DNA of 64,000 nt from Phaeosaccion multiseriatum (GCA_965112735.1 OZ218953.1:3038001-3102000), one strand, 5' to 3'. Numbered from the stretch's first letter, positions 22,577 to 34,350 are shown. Program-made: numbers and translations. The notes: generated by a model not told the origin, from the sequence alone.

Positions 22577-23209
22577 AACAGGAGGAGGCGGAGCCGGAGG
22601 AGGACGAGGAGGAAGGGGTGGGGGAAGGGGGGCCCAAAAAAAACAGCGTACTGGTACTGGTACTGCTTCTGATGCTGCTTCTGCTGCTGCCTCTGATGCG
22701 GCCGCTGCGGCCGCTACTGCCGCTGCTGCCGCGTCAGCAGCGCCGTCGTTGGGCGGCTTGAGAGAGGGAGACATGGCCTTCACATGCTCGTATGGCTGTA
22801 CTAAGCCCTCGCAAGTCAAGCTGTTCCTCTGCCCATCCGAAAGAGCGTGTGGAAACCTCGTGCACCACATGTGCACCGTCGAGTTTTGCGACAGCAAGGG
22901 TTTTGCGGAAGGCGATTTTGACTACTACTGTAAGCCATGCATGATTGAGGACGGACACTAAGTGTGTCTGTAAATATGAATACCATTGTTATCGTGGTAA
23001 TACCATTAAATCGTCATATCATAGCGTAGTATATTTTGGAGGAGGAGGGGAGAGATACACACACAAAAAAGGAGGGGGGGGGGGAGGGGCGCTACTGGTC
23101 CATATTGGGTACTGTACTAAAAATACCCACTTTTAAAAAAATTGGGTACTAAAAATACCCACTTTCACCGAGTGGGGCATCTCGCCCCACCAAAACCGGT
23201 CATCAATAG
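19619..23209 (+). mobile_element. Crypton-type (CryptonS-like) tyrosine-recombinase DNA transposon; exact ends tentative
   Basis: Encodes a tyrosine recombinase with no reverse transcriptase or DDE domain. Related palindromes near both ends (GTGGGGCA-cc-TGCCCCAC at 19633-19650; GTGGGGC-atctc-GCCCCAC at 23172-23190). A 5-bp direct repeat AATAG lies outside each (19619-19623, 23205-23209). Subterminal sequence is AT-richer. Confidence 0.8.
19906..22961 (+). CDS. Crypton tyrosine recombinase with one intron; C-terminal PHD-like finger reached through a frameshift near 22506-22545
   Basis: Exon 1 19906-20662, phase-1 intron 20663-20812 (GTAAAT...CCCTGAC...GCAG), exon 2 from 20813. Catalytic set: R (MCRATN, 20902), K (KQKGDQ), HxxR (THSGRKG, 21226-21237), W (MGWSL, 21313), Y (GIYF, 21340). 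A C-terminal domain YNGRWHTLPEHFEVP...AWDAW...LVWTTVYN follows. The -1 frame is open from 22506 to 22961. Confidence 0.88.
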
Positions 23210-23266
23210 AGAGGGGGGGAAAGAAAAAGGAAATAAGGAAAAGATTGCTTTCGCCTTGTGTCGACA

Positions 23267-24049
23267 ATGCAGCGCTTCTTCCAGAAGACTCGAGGCACTG
23301 AGGCAAGCCAGGCCAAGACGCCCTCGTTCTTTTCCAGCGGTGCTGGATTGAAAAGAAATGCGACCCAACTGCCCACCAGCAGCGGGCCGTCGCAGCAGCA
23401 GAATCCAAGAGGCATGGCTCCTGCCCAGCGAGTTCCCCGCTCCTCTTCGCACTGGAAGGTGGGAGAGGAGGAGAAAGAAGAAGCGAAGCAACAACTGATG
23501 GAGGCGCAGGGAGCGGAGATGATGTTGGGCGAGAAGGAGCAGCAACGTGGAGGAGGCACTGAGGATGGAAGATGGACGGGGCTCGCGGCGGGAAACCACG
23601 AAGGTCAAGGTGAGCAGCAGCAGCAGCAGCAGCAGCAGCAGGGACAGGAGGGAGAGAACGACGACGAGGAGGAGGAAGACGACGGAGGAGAGGACAGGGA
23701 GGAGGAGGAGGAGGACGGGGGAGAGAACGACAACGACGAGGACGACGACGACGACGATGACGACGAGGAGGAGGAGGAGGAGGAGGAGGAAGAGGAAGCA
23801 GAAGAAGACGACGAAGAAGAGAGAGACCAAGAGGACACCAGGGGGCGGGACGAGGAGGGGGACGCCGAGAAGGCAGACTTCTCCCACAAGAAGAACATGG
23901 CTGTCGACGAGGATGAAGGCGGCACGGTGGCGGCGGAGGAAGGCGGAGTACGCGCTGCTACAGAGTGTCAGGGACACGTCACCCGACAACAGCCAACTCA
24001 ACCGCTCAACCCCTACCGGCACGCAGAGGAGCCCTTGCCCCAGCCGAAC

Positions 24050-24092
<43 letters not shown>

Positions 24093-25516
24093 TTCCGCCT
24101 GACCGGCGCAGCAAAGCGCGGCAACGACCCCAGCGCCCCCCGAGCCTTCTCGGTGGTGGGCCTCTTGGTGGCTCTCCGAACGGCAGCAGCGGACAGGAGG
24201 AGAGGGGGGCCCATGCTCATGCGACCCCTTCTCCGTCTTCGCACACGCATCAAGCACCCCCCCCAACTGAAGCTCCGCCTGCCCCCAAGCGTCCAGCAGG
24301 AGGAGAGGGGGGCGCAGGGGCTTCAGGAGGCGGCAACTCAAACAACGTGGGCTTCAAGTCGCAGCCGCAGCAGCAGCAGCAGCGGGCCACGAGCAGTCAG
24401 CAGCGGCAAGATGGCATGGCAGAGGCCTTGCTGCACACACCTCAGCGCAACCCTCAGCACGCGCACCCGCGGCAGCTCCAACAGCAGCAGGAGCAGCACG
24501 AGCGACCCTTCAAGCGGCCGAGGCAAGGCGCAGCAGAGGGCGGGGCGGCAGAGGCGACGGCAGGACATGTGCCACGACCCAGCGGGACGCCGGGAAGCGA
24601 TCGCGTTGAGATGGCGCGGCAGCCTCTGGTGCCCAGCAGCGCTGAGGCCATCGCTCCTGCTCCGCAGGCGACAGTTGTTCCGGAGACGAATTATACTGCT
24701 CAGGTGCGTGCGTGAGAGAGCAAGCCCTCCGGAGTGAGCTTTCGCTTGGCCTCCCTCTGTCACCTCAGACGCGGTCACGCACTTGTCGCTCGCCCACACC
24801 CCCCTGCCCCCCTCAGCGTTTCAAAAACATTGTATTGTGATGCCTTTTGCGGCACAAGTCGTGCGCATCGTCAGGGAGAGAAAGATATGGGGTATTATCT
24901 TCCCCTTCCTGACTGACCCTCCCAAGCCCCCTCTCCTCTCGTCTCCTCTCGTCTCCTCTCGTCTCTTTGCGTTACTTGCTCACCCCGCAGGCTCGGGCAG
25001 AAGCCCACCTCAGGCAGGAGCAGCACAGGAACGTTCTGCGCGAGTTCCACGCACAGCGCGTCATGGTGAAGAACAGCCTCATGCAGGCCGTGCAGCAGCT
25101 CAATGCACACATGGAGGACTTGGCTCAGAGGGCCGAGGAGCGCTTCCAAGACGGCTTGCTCCAGGAGGGCAAGTGCCTCGCCACCATAGACACGAGGTGA
25201 GGAGGGCGGAAGGAAAGGAGGGAGGGAGAGAGGGAGGGAGGGACGAAGGGAGGTGCCCGGGATCAGGCGTGGCTCGGTAGGAAGAGCCCACATGTTCTCT
25301 TCTTCCTTGCCAACGCTTTTCGCCTCTCGTCGTTTGATCCTACTTGTACTGCTACTGCTACTGCTGTATCACCAACTGCTACTGCTACTTCTTCTGCGTC
25401 CCTGCCCCCTCCTCGCGCTGCCTCATAGGAGCGCGACTATGGCAAATGCGATGAAGCGGGTGGAAGCCCTCTACAGAAGCGTTTTGGAGGCCACAGGTGC
25501 AGCACGGCCGACCTGA
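23267..25516 (+). CDS. Hypothetical low-complexity (Q/E/D-rich) protein with a C-terminal coiled coil
   Basis: Exons 23267-24703, 24991-25196, 25429-25516 splice in frame with GT-AG ends. Confidence 0.65.
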
Positions 25517-26631
25517 GGCGAAGACAGTTGAACAGATGCGCCCAATGCAAACCCCATGCGAGAGACGCTGTGGGCAGGAGTGCCCAGAGAGGAGAAGAAA
25601 TGGGAAAGAGGAGAGCGTTGGAACCACAGCAGGGTGCAAGAGCGAGTGTTGGTGGTGCGCAAGAGCGAGTGTTGGTGGTGCGCAAGATGTGTGGAACGAG
25701 ACGCCGCCGGAGCTTGGGCAGCTTGTGCCTGAGGATCGTTCGAGCGGGAAGTGTCCGCCTGGGGTTTGTGCGAGAAGCTTCATTCTCGCCTCTTCCCTTG
25801 TTGGGGGGGTACACACTCGCTCCTGAGTGTCTGTGTGCGTGCGCGCGTGTGTACGTGCGTGCGTACGTGAGCACCTGGGGGCAAGACACTCCGTCCGCAC
25901 CACGAGGAGGAAGGCATTGCAGGCACTAACTGCGGGTAGGCGCTGTGTACTGCCATCTGTGCATACATGTAGGTAGAGAGTAGATAGCGCTCGCACTCCG
26001 CGATTGACTGGGAGGACACCGCTTTGGCGAGGAAGGAGTGCGAGGAGTCGGGGCCGGGGGGTGGTAGATACAGCTCAGGGACACAGAGCTATAGCAAGTG
26101 TAGATATAGCGGGGGCGGGGGAGGGGAGGAGGGAAGAGGAGGGGCGAAGGTGGTCGTCGTAGTAGGAGTGGGCGCTCCAAAGCACACACACGCGCGCGAG
26201 GGCAGACATATACAAACACATTCACACGTACGTACACACACGTTTCTGTGCTACGGACTAGAATACTGAATTGAATATGAAATGTGAAGGCAATACATAC
26301 CGAATACTGAAAAAAATGTGAAGGAAACGCAAACCATTTCGTTCACAATGTCTCATGTATTTGGCGGTGAAGATGAGAAGTGAAAGTGCACATTTTTTTT
26401 TCTTCGATTTTTTCCAGTACAGTAAGCACTCAACATCAGCATATGACATGAGCGGGGCTTTGGGGTGATGGGGGGGGCTGGCGCAGTGAGACAGAGGGAG
26501 AGGGTTAGTGAGAGGGCGTCCGGCGCTTCTTGAGGGAGCTCCCTCGCACCCGCCGAGAAGAGGCCCTCTTGCCACCATGTATGTGTAGATAAGCCACTAC
26601 TCGGGGGGAGGGCTCTCCTTGCATCCTATCT

Positions 26632-29600
26632 CTACCTCCCCCTTCTACTCCTCACAATGCCCTCGGTGCCCATGAGCAGGTCTGCCGTTCGCACCGCCCT
26701 CTTGAAGGCCGCCGCCTTTATTGCTGCGTCGTCGAGCACGTACTCCTCCACCACACACTCTGCCAGTCTGCATCCCCTATGCCTCCCGGATGCCCCTCCG
26801 CTGCTGCACCGACCATCACCATCACTATCACTGTCAGCATCACCATCGCACCAGTCGTTGCCCTCTTCTTTCCCAGTGCTGTACATGATACCCTCAGCCG
26901 CAGAGGGCGGCGGCACGATTGGCCGGAGGCTCCTCGCCAACAGCCCCCGTAACCAACCATCATCATCTTCTACTCTGCCCACTCGTCTCGAAACACCGCC
27001 TCCTCCTCCTCCTCCTCCTCCTCCTCCTCCTCCTCCTCCTCCTCCTCCTCCTCCTCCTCCTCCTCCTCCTCCTCCTCCTCCTCCTCCTTCCCACCCCTGC
27101 CCCTTCCCCTGCCCCTCCCTCCACTCTTCCGGGTCTCCCTCCGCCACACCCCCAAGCCCATCCCCATCCCCGCATGGTGCTGCTGTTCCACCACCTGCTG
27201 TACCACCAACTGCTGTACCACCACCATCAAGCCCGAGCTGACTCTCCAAGCGTAGCAGACGCTCGACAGCCTTTCCATGCGACCACCCGACATTCACCAT
27301 GGACGTGACCACCAGCTCACGCAACACATCACTTGCCACAACCTGTATGACCCCTGCTTCCATGAGTTGTTGTGCCTCCTCCTCTTCCGCTTCGTCTTCG
27401 GTCCACCCCTCTTGCTCATCTCCGCTGCCTCCCTCCTCGTGCGTGCTCTCCTCCACCTTTGCTTCTCTTTGTCCTCCTCGTCCTCCTCGTCCTCCTCGTC
27501 GTCGTCCTCCCCCCCCCCCCCCGGTTGCTATTGCTACTGCTCCTGCGGCCCTGATGATGCTGTCCGCCTCTCTCTGCAGTGCTACACAGGCCAGAACCTC
27601 GGCCACCCCTCCCCCCGGCAGCACTCCACCTCGACTCTCTGCGTCGGTAAGTAGGCACACCGCCCTCCAAAAGCCGTGTTCCAATTGCACGCACATCTGC
27701 CGCACTGGGGAGCAGAGTATCACGACGGCCGGGAAACCCCCGTCCTCCCCCTCCTTCTTCTCCTCTTCCTGCTCGTCACCCTCACTCTCGTTCTTCTTCT
27801 TGTTCTGCTGATTGAGGAGCATGTCCTGATGATAATGGTTCTCCAGCTTGAGCAGTTCGTCGAGCATGTCTGCCAAGGGGTCTCCTTCCACTTGGGCTCC
27901 ATATTGAAGGTTCAGGACCGGAAACTCGTCTCCCTTCTCGTCATCCCCCCCCCCTCCCTTCTCTTCTTCTCTTTCCCCCACTTCTTCTCCTCTATATTCA
28001 CGATGTCCTCCTCCTCCTCCTCCTCCTCCTCCTCCTCCTCCTCCTCCTCCTCCTCCTCCCCCTCCTCCTTCACACTCCACGCCAACTCTACCGCTGCTGC
28101 TTATGCACTGATGTGCCTGTAGCAAGACGTACGTCTCCGGCCCGCGTATGCCCAGATCCCTCGTCCTTCGCCCTCGTCCGCCCACACCTCCAGCCTCTCT
28201 GGGGGCGAAAAAGCGCCTCTCCTCCTCCGCCATCCACCCTCCCTCCAAAAGCGTCACTTCGATATCGAGGCTGTCGAGAAAGAATCGAGCAGCCGGCGGC
28301 ATGCAGCAGGGGTAGAGAGGAGGGCGGGGAAACAGATTACACACTGTACTGCGGTACGGACAGCCTCTGTCCTGACACCTCTCACCCCCCTCTGTCCTGA
28401 CACCCCTCACCCCTCTGTCCTGACACCCCTCACCCCTCACACACTGTACTGCGGCACGGACAGCCTCGTCTCTCTAACGGCTCTTCACTCGCTCTGTCCT
28501 CCGCCCACCCGGGTCATTCAGGCTCTGCTTTGCGGGGAGAGCTCTAGGGAGGTCTGTCTCACTAGCTGCTCACTCACTCACTCACCCACTCACCCACTCA
28601 CTCACTCACTCACTCATTCACTCACTCAGACAGTCAGTCAGTCAGTCAGTCAGTCAGTCACACAAAAATTGGGTTATTCACCCAACCACTCTCTCACTCT
28701 CTCCCTCCCTCCCTCCCTCACCTGCGTCCAACGTGGTGTGGCTGTAGGTGCAGCACATCGGCAACAGGACGTGCGCCTGCCAGGAGGGCCACCGCTTCGG
28801 CCTCCCCTTGCAACATGTCCGCCACAACCAATATTCCCTTGACCCTACACGCCTCTTGTACCTGTGTGTGTGTGTGTGTGTGGAGAAAGAGAGATAAGAC
28901 GGAGAGAGAGAGAGAGATGGATGGGAGGGGGGGATGTGGAGGTGGGAGGGAGGGACGGAGGAAGGAGGGAGAGAGTGAGGGAGAGAGAGCGGGACGTGAA
29001 TGCTTCTCAAGGGACCCTTCGACACTCTGACAGCCGGACAGCCCGACTACCGGGCTAGGGGATATAATCGAGGGAATCGATTTCAGCGCACCGGAACAAA
29101 GCAAGGCAAGGCGGCAACAACTACGCTTTCCTTCGCTCCTTGCAAGCCCGAGAGGGTGCGTGCGTGCCTGCGTGCCTACACCTCACTGCGTACAAACCTG
29201 AGGGCTGACGTTCTCTCTGACTACGAGGAGCTCCACTCGCAGGTGCAGCAAGATGCGCAACACCGCATTGGCGAATCCTAGCCCGTCATCAGAGTGTGAG
29301 GAACCCTCGTGCAGGAGCAACTCCTCCACGGACTCGCTCGAGGGAGAAGAGGGCGTTGTGTGTTGGCGATTGCCCCCCATACTACCACGACCTCTACCAC
29401 CACCGCCCGTAGGAGGGGCTAATGCTACAGCAGCAGCAGCAGCAGCAGCAGCGTTGGTACCAGTAGAGACGAGGGCTCCAAAGACGACAACCGTGCCGTG
29501 GCACAAGCTCCATGCACCACCATCGCTGGCGCCGCTGCAAGTGCTGTCCTCCACCGCTGTCCCTCGGCCTTTGGACCCCTCTTCTCTGCGACTGATGCTG

Positions 29601-30872
29601 CTGCTGCTGCTGTTGCTCCTCCTCTCGCCCTCTCCTCTCTTCCTCTTGGTCAGTAGAGCCAGCCCTTCCCTGAGGCTATTCTCCACAAAGGGGGCCACGG
29701 GAATCACCACAGCCCTAGGAATCGTTCGACTGCACTCTGTCACTGGCCCGACCAAGTGGAAGCACTGCAGCAGGGACAAGGCGGGGCAGGATGAAGCATC
29801 CCTTTTGTCTTCACAGTCACCCTCAGCCACGGCATGGAGGGCCTCAAGGGCCAAGGTCATGGGCACGTCCAGGAGGGGGGGGGCTGGGATGGCAGTGGAT
29901 GGCGGGGGCTCGTCTCGACCCTCCCCAGAGTAAGCACCACTTCCTCTGCTCCTTCCACTCAGGGGCCCCTCTCTGTCTCTATCTGTAGCCAGCCAGCCCT
30001 CCTCGGACGCATCCGAGAGCGGCCGGGGTGCAGAGGGAGAGCTGTGCTGCAGGCCGGCTGCCAGGGCTTGCGGGCTGAACAAGCTTGAGGGGAGGAAGGC
30101 ACCGTCCCACACTCTGTGACAAATATCACAGGCCCTCCAGAGGCCTCGGCGAATCGTGCCGTTGTCGTAGCCTTCGCAGAGGAGCTTCTCCCACACAGAG
30201 ACAGTCAAGCCAATCTAAGGGAGGGAGGGAGGGAGCATCCATACCTCAGACACAGACACACACACGGATTAAGGAGTACAGTGGGCAGGGGGGGCGAGGG
30301 GGACCCTCGAGGTCCGGGTACGGGAGGAGAGCCGAAGAGCAGCAGCTGGGGGGGTGAGGGAAGCGATGCGCCCGAATATGGGTGTGGGAAGAGTGGAAGC
30401 ACTGCACAGCAAGGCCAGAACTCTGTATAGTGAATCGCACCACCCCATGCCATGAATGACCCACCATGGTGGCGAGGGTGGTGACTCCGCTGCCGTAGCT
30501 CGCCTGGAATGTGGCACACACGTCGAGCAGCAGTGGGCCCACTGGGTGCCGGACGTCCAGGCACTCGAGCAGAGCAACGCAGTCGGAGCAGGACACCAAC
30601 TCCTCCAGGCCTGCAGGGCCACGGCGAGAGGGAGAGGGCGGAAAGGGGAAGGCCCAGACAACAGGAGGAAACCTTACGGGCCAGGCACAGAGCATCTAGG
30701 GGGGGGAGGGGCGGATACGCACGTTTGTCTCACCGTTTTCATGGCTGGTGTGGATGAGCTTCACAGCAGAGGTCGGGCCCAGGAGAGATGAGAGACTCGT
30801 ACAGATCGCTTTGGCGGCTTTGGCCAGGCTCCCCACTTCCTCCTCCACTTCAGGCAGGGAGTGGTCTGCCAT
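26632..30872 (-). CDS. BBS12: Chaperonin-like Bardet-Biedl syndrome 12 homolog
   Basis: Multi-exon. Degenerate group II chaperonin motifs: SSLLGPTSAVKLI, LECLDVRHPVGPLLLDVC...SYGSGVTTLATM (GDGTT replaced, as in BBS12), VILCSPVRQMCVQLEHGFWRAV, VLPGGGVAEVL, YVLDDAAIKAAAFKRAVRTADLLMGTEGIV. The C-terminal motifs parallel my recollection of BBS12 rather than CCT subunits. Internal exon borders are approximate. Confidence 0.72.
28339..28467. repeat. 29-bp direct repeat flanking a 71-bp (TGTCCTGACACCCCTCACCCCTC)n insert in a BBS12 intron
   Basis: ACACACTGTACTGCGGYACGGACAGCCTC at 28339-28367 and 28439-28467, with three ~23-bp units between. Confidence 0.85.
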
Positions 30873-31131
30873 CCAACCTTGCGTCTTCGCCTTCACTGAT
30901 ACTCGAGGGTCGCATGAATCACAACTTAGGTGACACCACTGCGCCGGGGCCGAGGACTAGAGCCCAGCTGCGTCCCCCCGACCCCCTGGCATGGCTGAGG
31001 AGGTGATAAGCAAGAAAGGAGAGAAAGGAGAGAAGTTTGCACGTTGGTGATTCGATCACAGACTTTGAGTTTCAGCTCATCGCCTCTTTTAAAAAATAAG
31101 GTAAGGTAAACCATTACAATAAGAAAACATC

Positions 31132-33818
31132 ATGGCGCCGGCAGACATGGATGTGGGAGAGGACGAGGGTCAGCCGCAGCAGCAGCACCACGGAGGGAAC
31201 CCCAAGGGCGGAAGTGGCAAGCTCCAACCATGGTAAGATCATCCCCCCCCCGATATTCCCCCCCCCCGATATTCCCCCCCCCCGATATTCCCCCCCCCCA
31301 ATTCGTAGAGGGTGTCTTGATGTGTGTCCCTTCCCCCCCCCCCAAACCCCTTTGCTTCTCTCGCTGCGAAGGGTGGAGAAGTACCGCCCGAAGAACGTGG
31401 ACGAGGTGGCGTACCAGGAGGAGGTGATTCTGACGCTCAAGAAGGCCATCGAGACTGGCGTCATGCCCCACCTGCTCTTCTACGGCCCTCCGGGCACGGG
31501 CAAGACCAGCACCATTCTCGCGGTGGCTCGCACGCTGTTCGGAGCGGAAGTGTACAAGAAGAGGATACTTGAGCTAAACGCCTCCGACGAGCGTGGCATT
31601 AAGGTAGTGATCCATCGCCCCCCCCCATTTTTCCCACTTTGCTTTCACCTCTTATCTCTGCCCCTTCGCCTCCGCCACCCTCCTTTTACCACCCCATCCG
31701 TGCTCCATTCGCCGCCGCACCCCCTTCCCTCTCCCTGCCTAGGTGGTGAGGGAAAAAATCAAGACCTTTGCGCAGCTGGCGGTCGGAGGCGGGGGAAGAC
31801 AGACCAATGGCAAGCCGAGTCCTCACTTTAAACTCATCATTCTGGACGAGGCCGACACAATGACTCCAGAGGCACAGGCTGCGCTAAGAAGGACCATGGA
31901 GACGCACAGCAAGGTAGGGATGGTACCCCAAGCAACACCACAGGAGGGAACCCAACCAGGCCTACGTGGGGACAGGAGGATGAGGCAGGATGGCGGCTGA
32001 CATGGGCAGGGGATGAGTGCGGTGCTCTCCTCGGGATGGGCTGTGGGGTGGTGCATGCGTGAGGCGTAGCGTGTGGCCGGCCCAGTATATTCCGTAGTAT
32101 ATTCCGTGGTATATTCCGCACCCGAGGCAACAATCGCTTCCTTCCCGTCCTTCCCGTCCTTCCCGTCCTTCTCGCCTAAGCAACCCCCCCCTACCCGCCC
32201 GGGCCTCCTCTCCACCCGTCCCTCTCTGTGCGTGTTTTGTGTGCCCCATTTCTCGCGCTAGGTGACCCGATTTTGCCTGATTTGCAACTACGTGACCCGG
32301 ATCATTGAGCCCCTGGCCAGCCGTTGCGCCAAGTTTCGCTTCCGGTCGCTCAACCAGGTAATTGGACAAGGGACGGTTCATTATACCAAGTGTCTGGGGT
32401 AGACCCAGGCATGTAGGGCTTGCGTCTCTTCCCACGTCCTCCCCCTACCTATTGTACTTGTACTTGAGTGGGGGTGTGTTCGTGACCATAAACCTCCCTC
32501 ACTTCCTCCCCTCCATGTCATCCGGGTCATTCCTTCCCCCACCCCTTGGTATCCATTGATATCCGGCTGCCCATTCCCGTCCGATAGGAGTCAATGCTGA
32601 CTCGGCTCAACACGATTGTCTTGGCGGAGTCCATCCGGGTGCAGCCCCCTGTGCTCGAGGCCATTGTGGGCCTGTCTGCAGGGGACATGAGAAGAGCAGT
32701 CATGATGTTGCAGAGCGGGCACATGCTCAATGGGGGAAACAGCGAGACAGAACTCAGCCTGGAGACCGTGGAAGACGTGGCCGGTACGTCAGACTGACCT
32801 AAGCGAAGAAGGGGCTTTAGCAGTAAGCAGCAGCAAGTTACAGTGTCGCTTCGGGCTTTTTAGTGAAGTCTGTTTAGTCACGCGAAGTGGACTGCCTGCT
32901 GATCCCTCCCCTCTCCTCCCCTCCACCACTGCTGCTGCGGCTTCCTAACTACTGCTGCTGTATCACCAACTGCTGCTAATGTCTTTCGATGTCTGCCGCA
33001 TTGCTCCACTGCTACTCCTCCCCTCCTGTCCTCCCCTCCTTCCGTTCTCACCTACCCCTCTTGCCGCACCTCCAGGCAAGCTCCCAGAGGATCTGATGAA
33101 GCGGCTGTGGGCCGTGATGCGCACCACCAAGTACAAGGACCTCGAGGCAGCGGTGGAAGAGATCATCTGCGAAGGCTTCCCGCTGCAGGTACGTGCGCGC
33201 GTGCGTGCGTGCGTGGGCGTAGTACACTACAGTTACTGAACAGTCGCACAATATCGACACGGCGCTCCTGCGCGCTTCATTCGCCTTCGTTGTACTTTTT
33301 CTTTGCGGCCTTGTGATGTGGCATCCACCAGCTACCTACTTACTGACTTACCGGCCGCCAGATCAGGGTCGGGGTCGGGGCCAGGGTCACGATCAAGTTC
33401 AGCACAAAATGAAGTCCAGCGTCCCCCTGTTTCAACTCTCTGACTCTACTCCGTCTCTCACGACGTCCTCCCCTCCCATCTCCCGCCCCCTTCCCCCCTG
33501 CCGCCGTCGCCCCGTCACCCCCTTCCTTCTTCCCTCTTCCCCCTTCTCTCTCCCCTCTTCTCCCTCTTGCCTCTCTCTCTATCCCTTGTTACTTCCACTG
33601 CCGTATGTATCCAATCGTGTGTACAGGGGCTCCTCCTCCGTCTGCAGCAAGACGTACTGTGCGACACTTCCATGGGAGACGGAAGCAAGGCGCGCATCTG
33701 CGTGCAGCTCGCTCGGGCGGACAAGGCTCTCATCGATGGGGGAAGCGAGACGCTGCAGCTGCTGAACACGGCGGGCCTCATCATGAGGGAACTGAACGGG
33801 ATTGAGCTCACAGTCTGA
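31132..33818 (+). CDS. RFC4: Replication factor C small subunit (human RFC4 / yeast Rfc2 type)
   Basis: Exons 31132-31232, 31372-31603, 31743-31913, 32262-32357, 32588-32783, 33076-33188, 33627-33818. Motifs [23 protein letters not shown] (Walker A), [18 protein letters not shown] (Walker B), [42 protein letters not shown]. Confidence 0.95.
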
Positions 33819-33984
33819 TTGATCCGTCTCTAAGAGGGGAGGCCGGGGAAGGGGGTCTGATCCTCTCTACGAGGGAGAGGGACAGGAGAGGGAGAGAGAG
33901 GAGAGGAGAGGAGAGGAGAGGAGAGGAGAGGCGAGGAGAGTTAGCACCGCCACGCTACGGGGCTCATCAACAGACGAGGCAGAC

Positions 33985-34037
<53 letters not shown>

Positions 34038-34350
34038 CGCTTGGCTTTATTGCTTGGGCTTTGGGGGGGGGGTCGTACGGCGAGGTCCTTCGGGTGATCA
34101 AGTTCCCATGTCTGGTGAGGTGGGTGGGTGGGCTGTAGGAGTGTGGGAGGGGAAAGACACGCCCCGCCCCGCCCCGCCCCCGCTTTGCCTGCCTTTTAGC
34201 GCACCCCATCCGAAGGTACACCGTGCTGGTCTCCTCTCTCTCTCTCTCTCGTCTCGCTCGCCTTCTCAAGGCTATCCCTACCTACCCTCACACGAAATCC
34301 TCACACATGGAAAAGAAAAAAATATGACGATGAATAAAATATGACGATGA

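Noticed and set aside
22543-22761. Poly-Leu, transmembrane-looking tail of the recombinase ORF
   Set aside because: Out-of-frame reading of (GCT)n; the -1 frame gives an Ala/Gly linker and a Cys/His finger.
19906-22761. Prophage integrase or DIRS retrotransposon
   Set aside because: Spliceosomal intron present, no phage genes, no RT/RNase H; the motifs fit Crypton.
26632-30872. Canonical CCT/TRiC subunit
   Set aside because: GDGTT and other ATP-binding motifs are degenerate and the large insertions fit BBS-type chaperonin-like proteins better.
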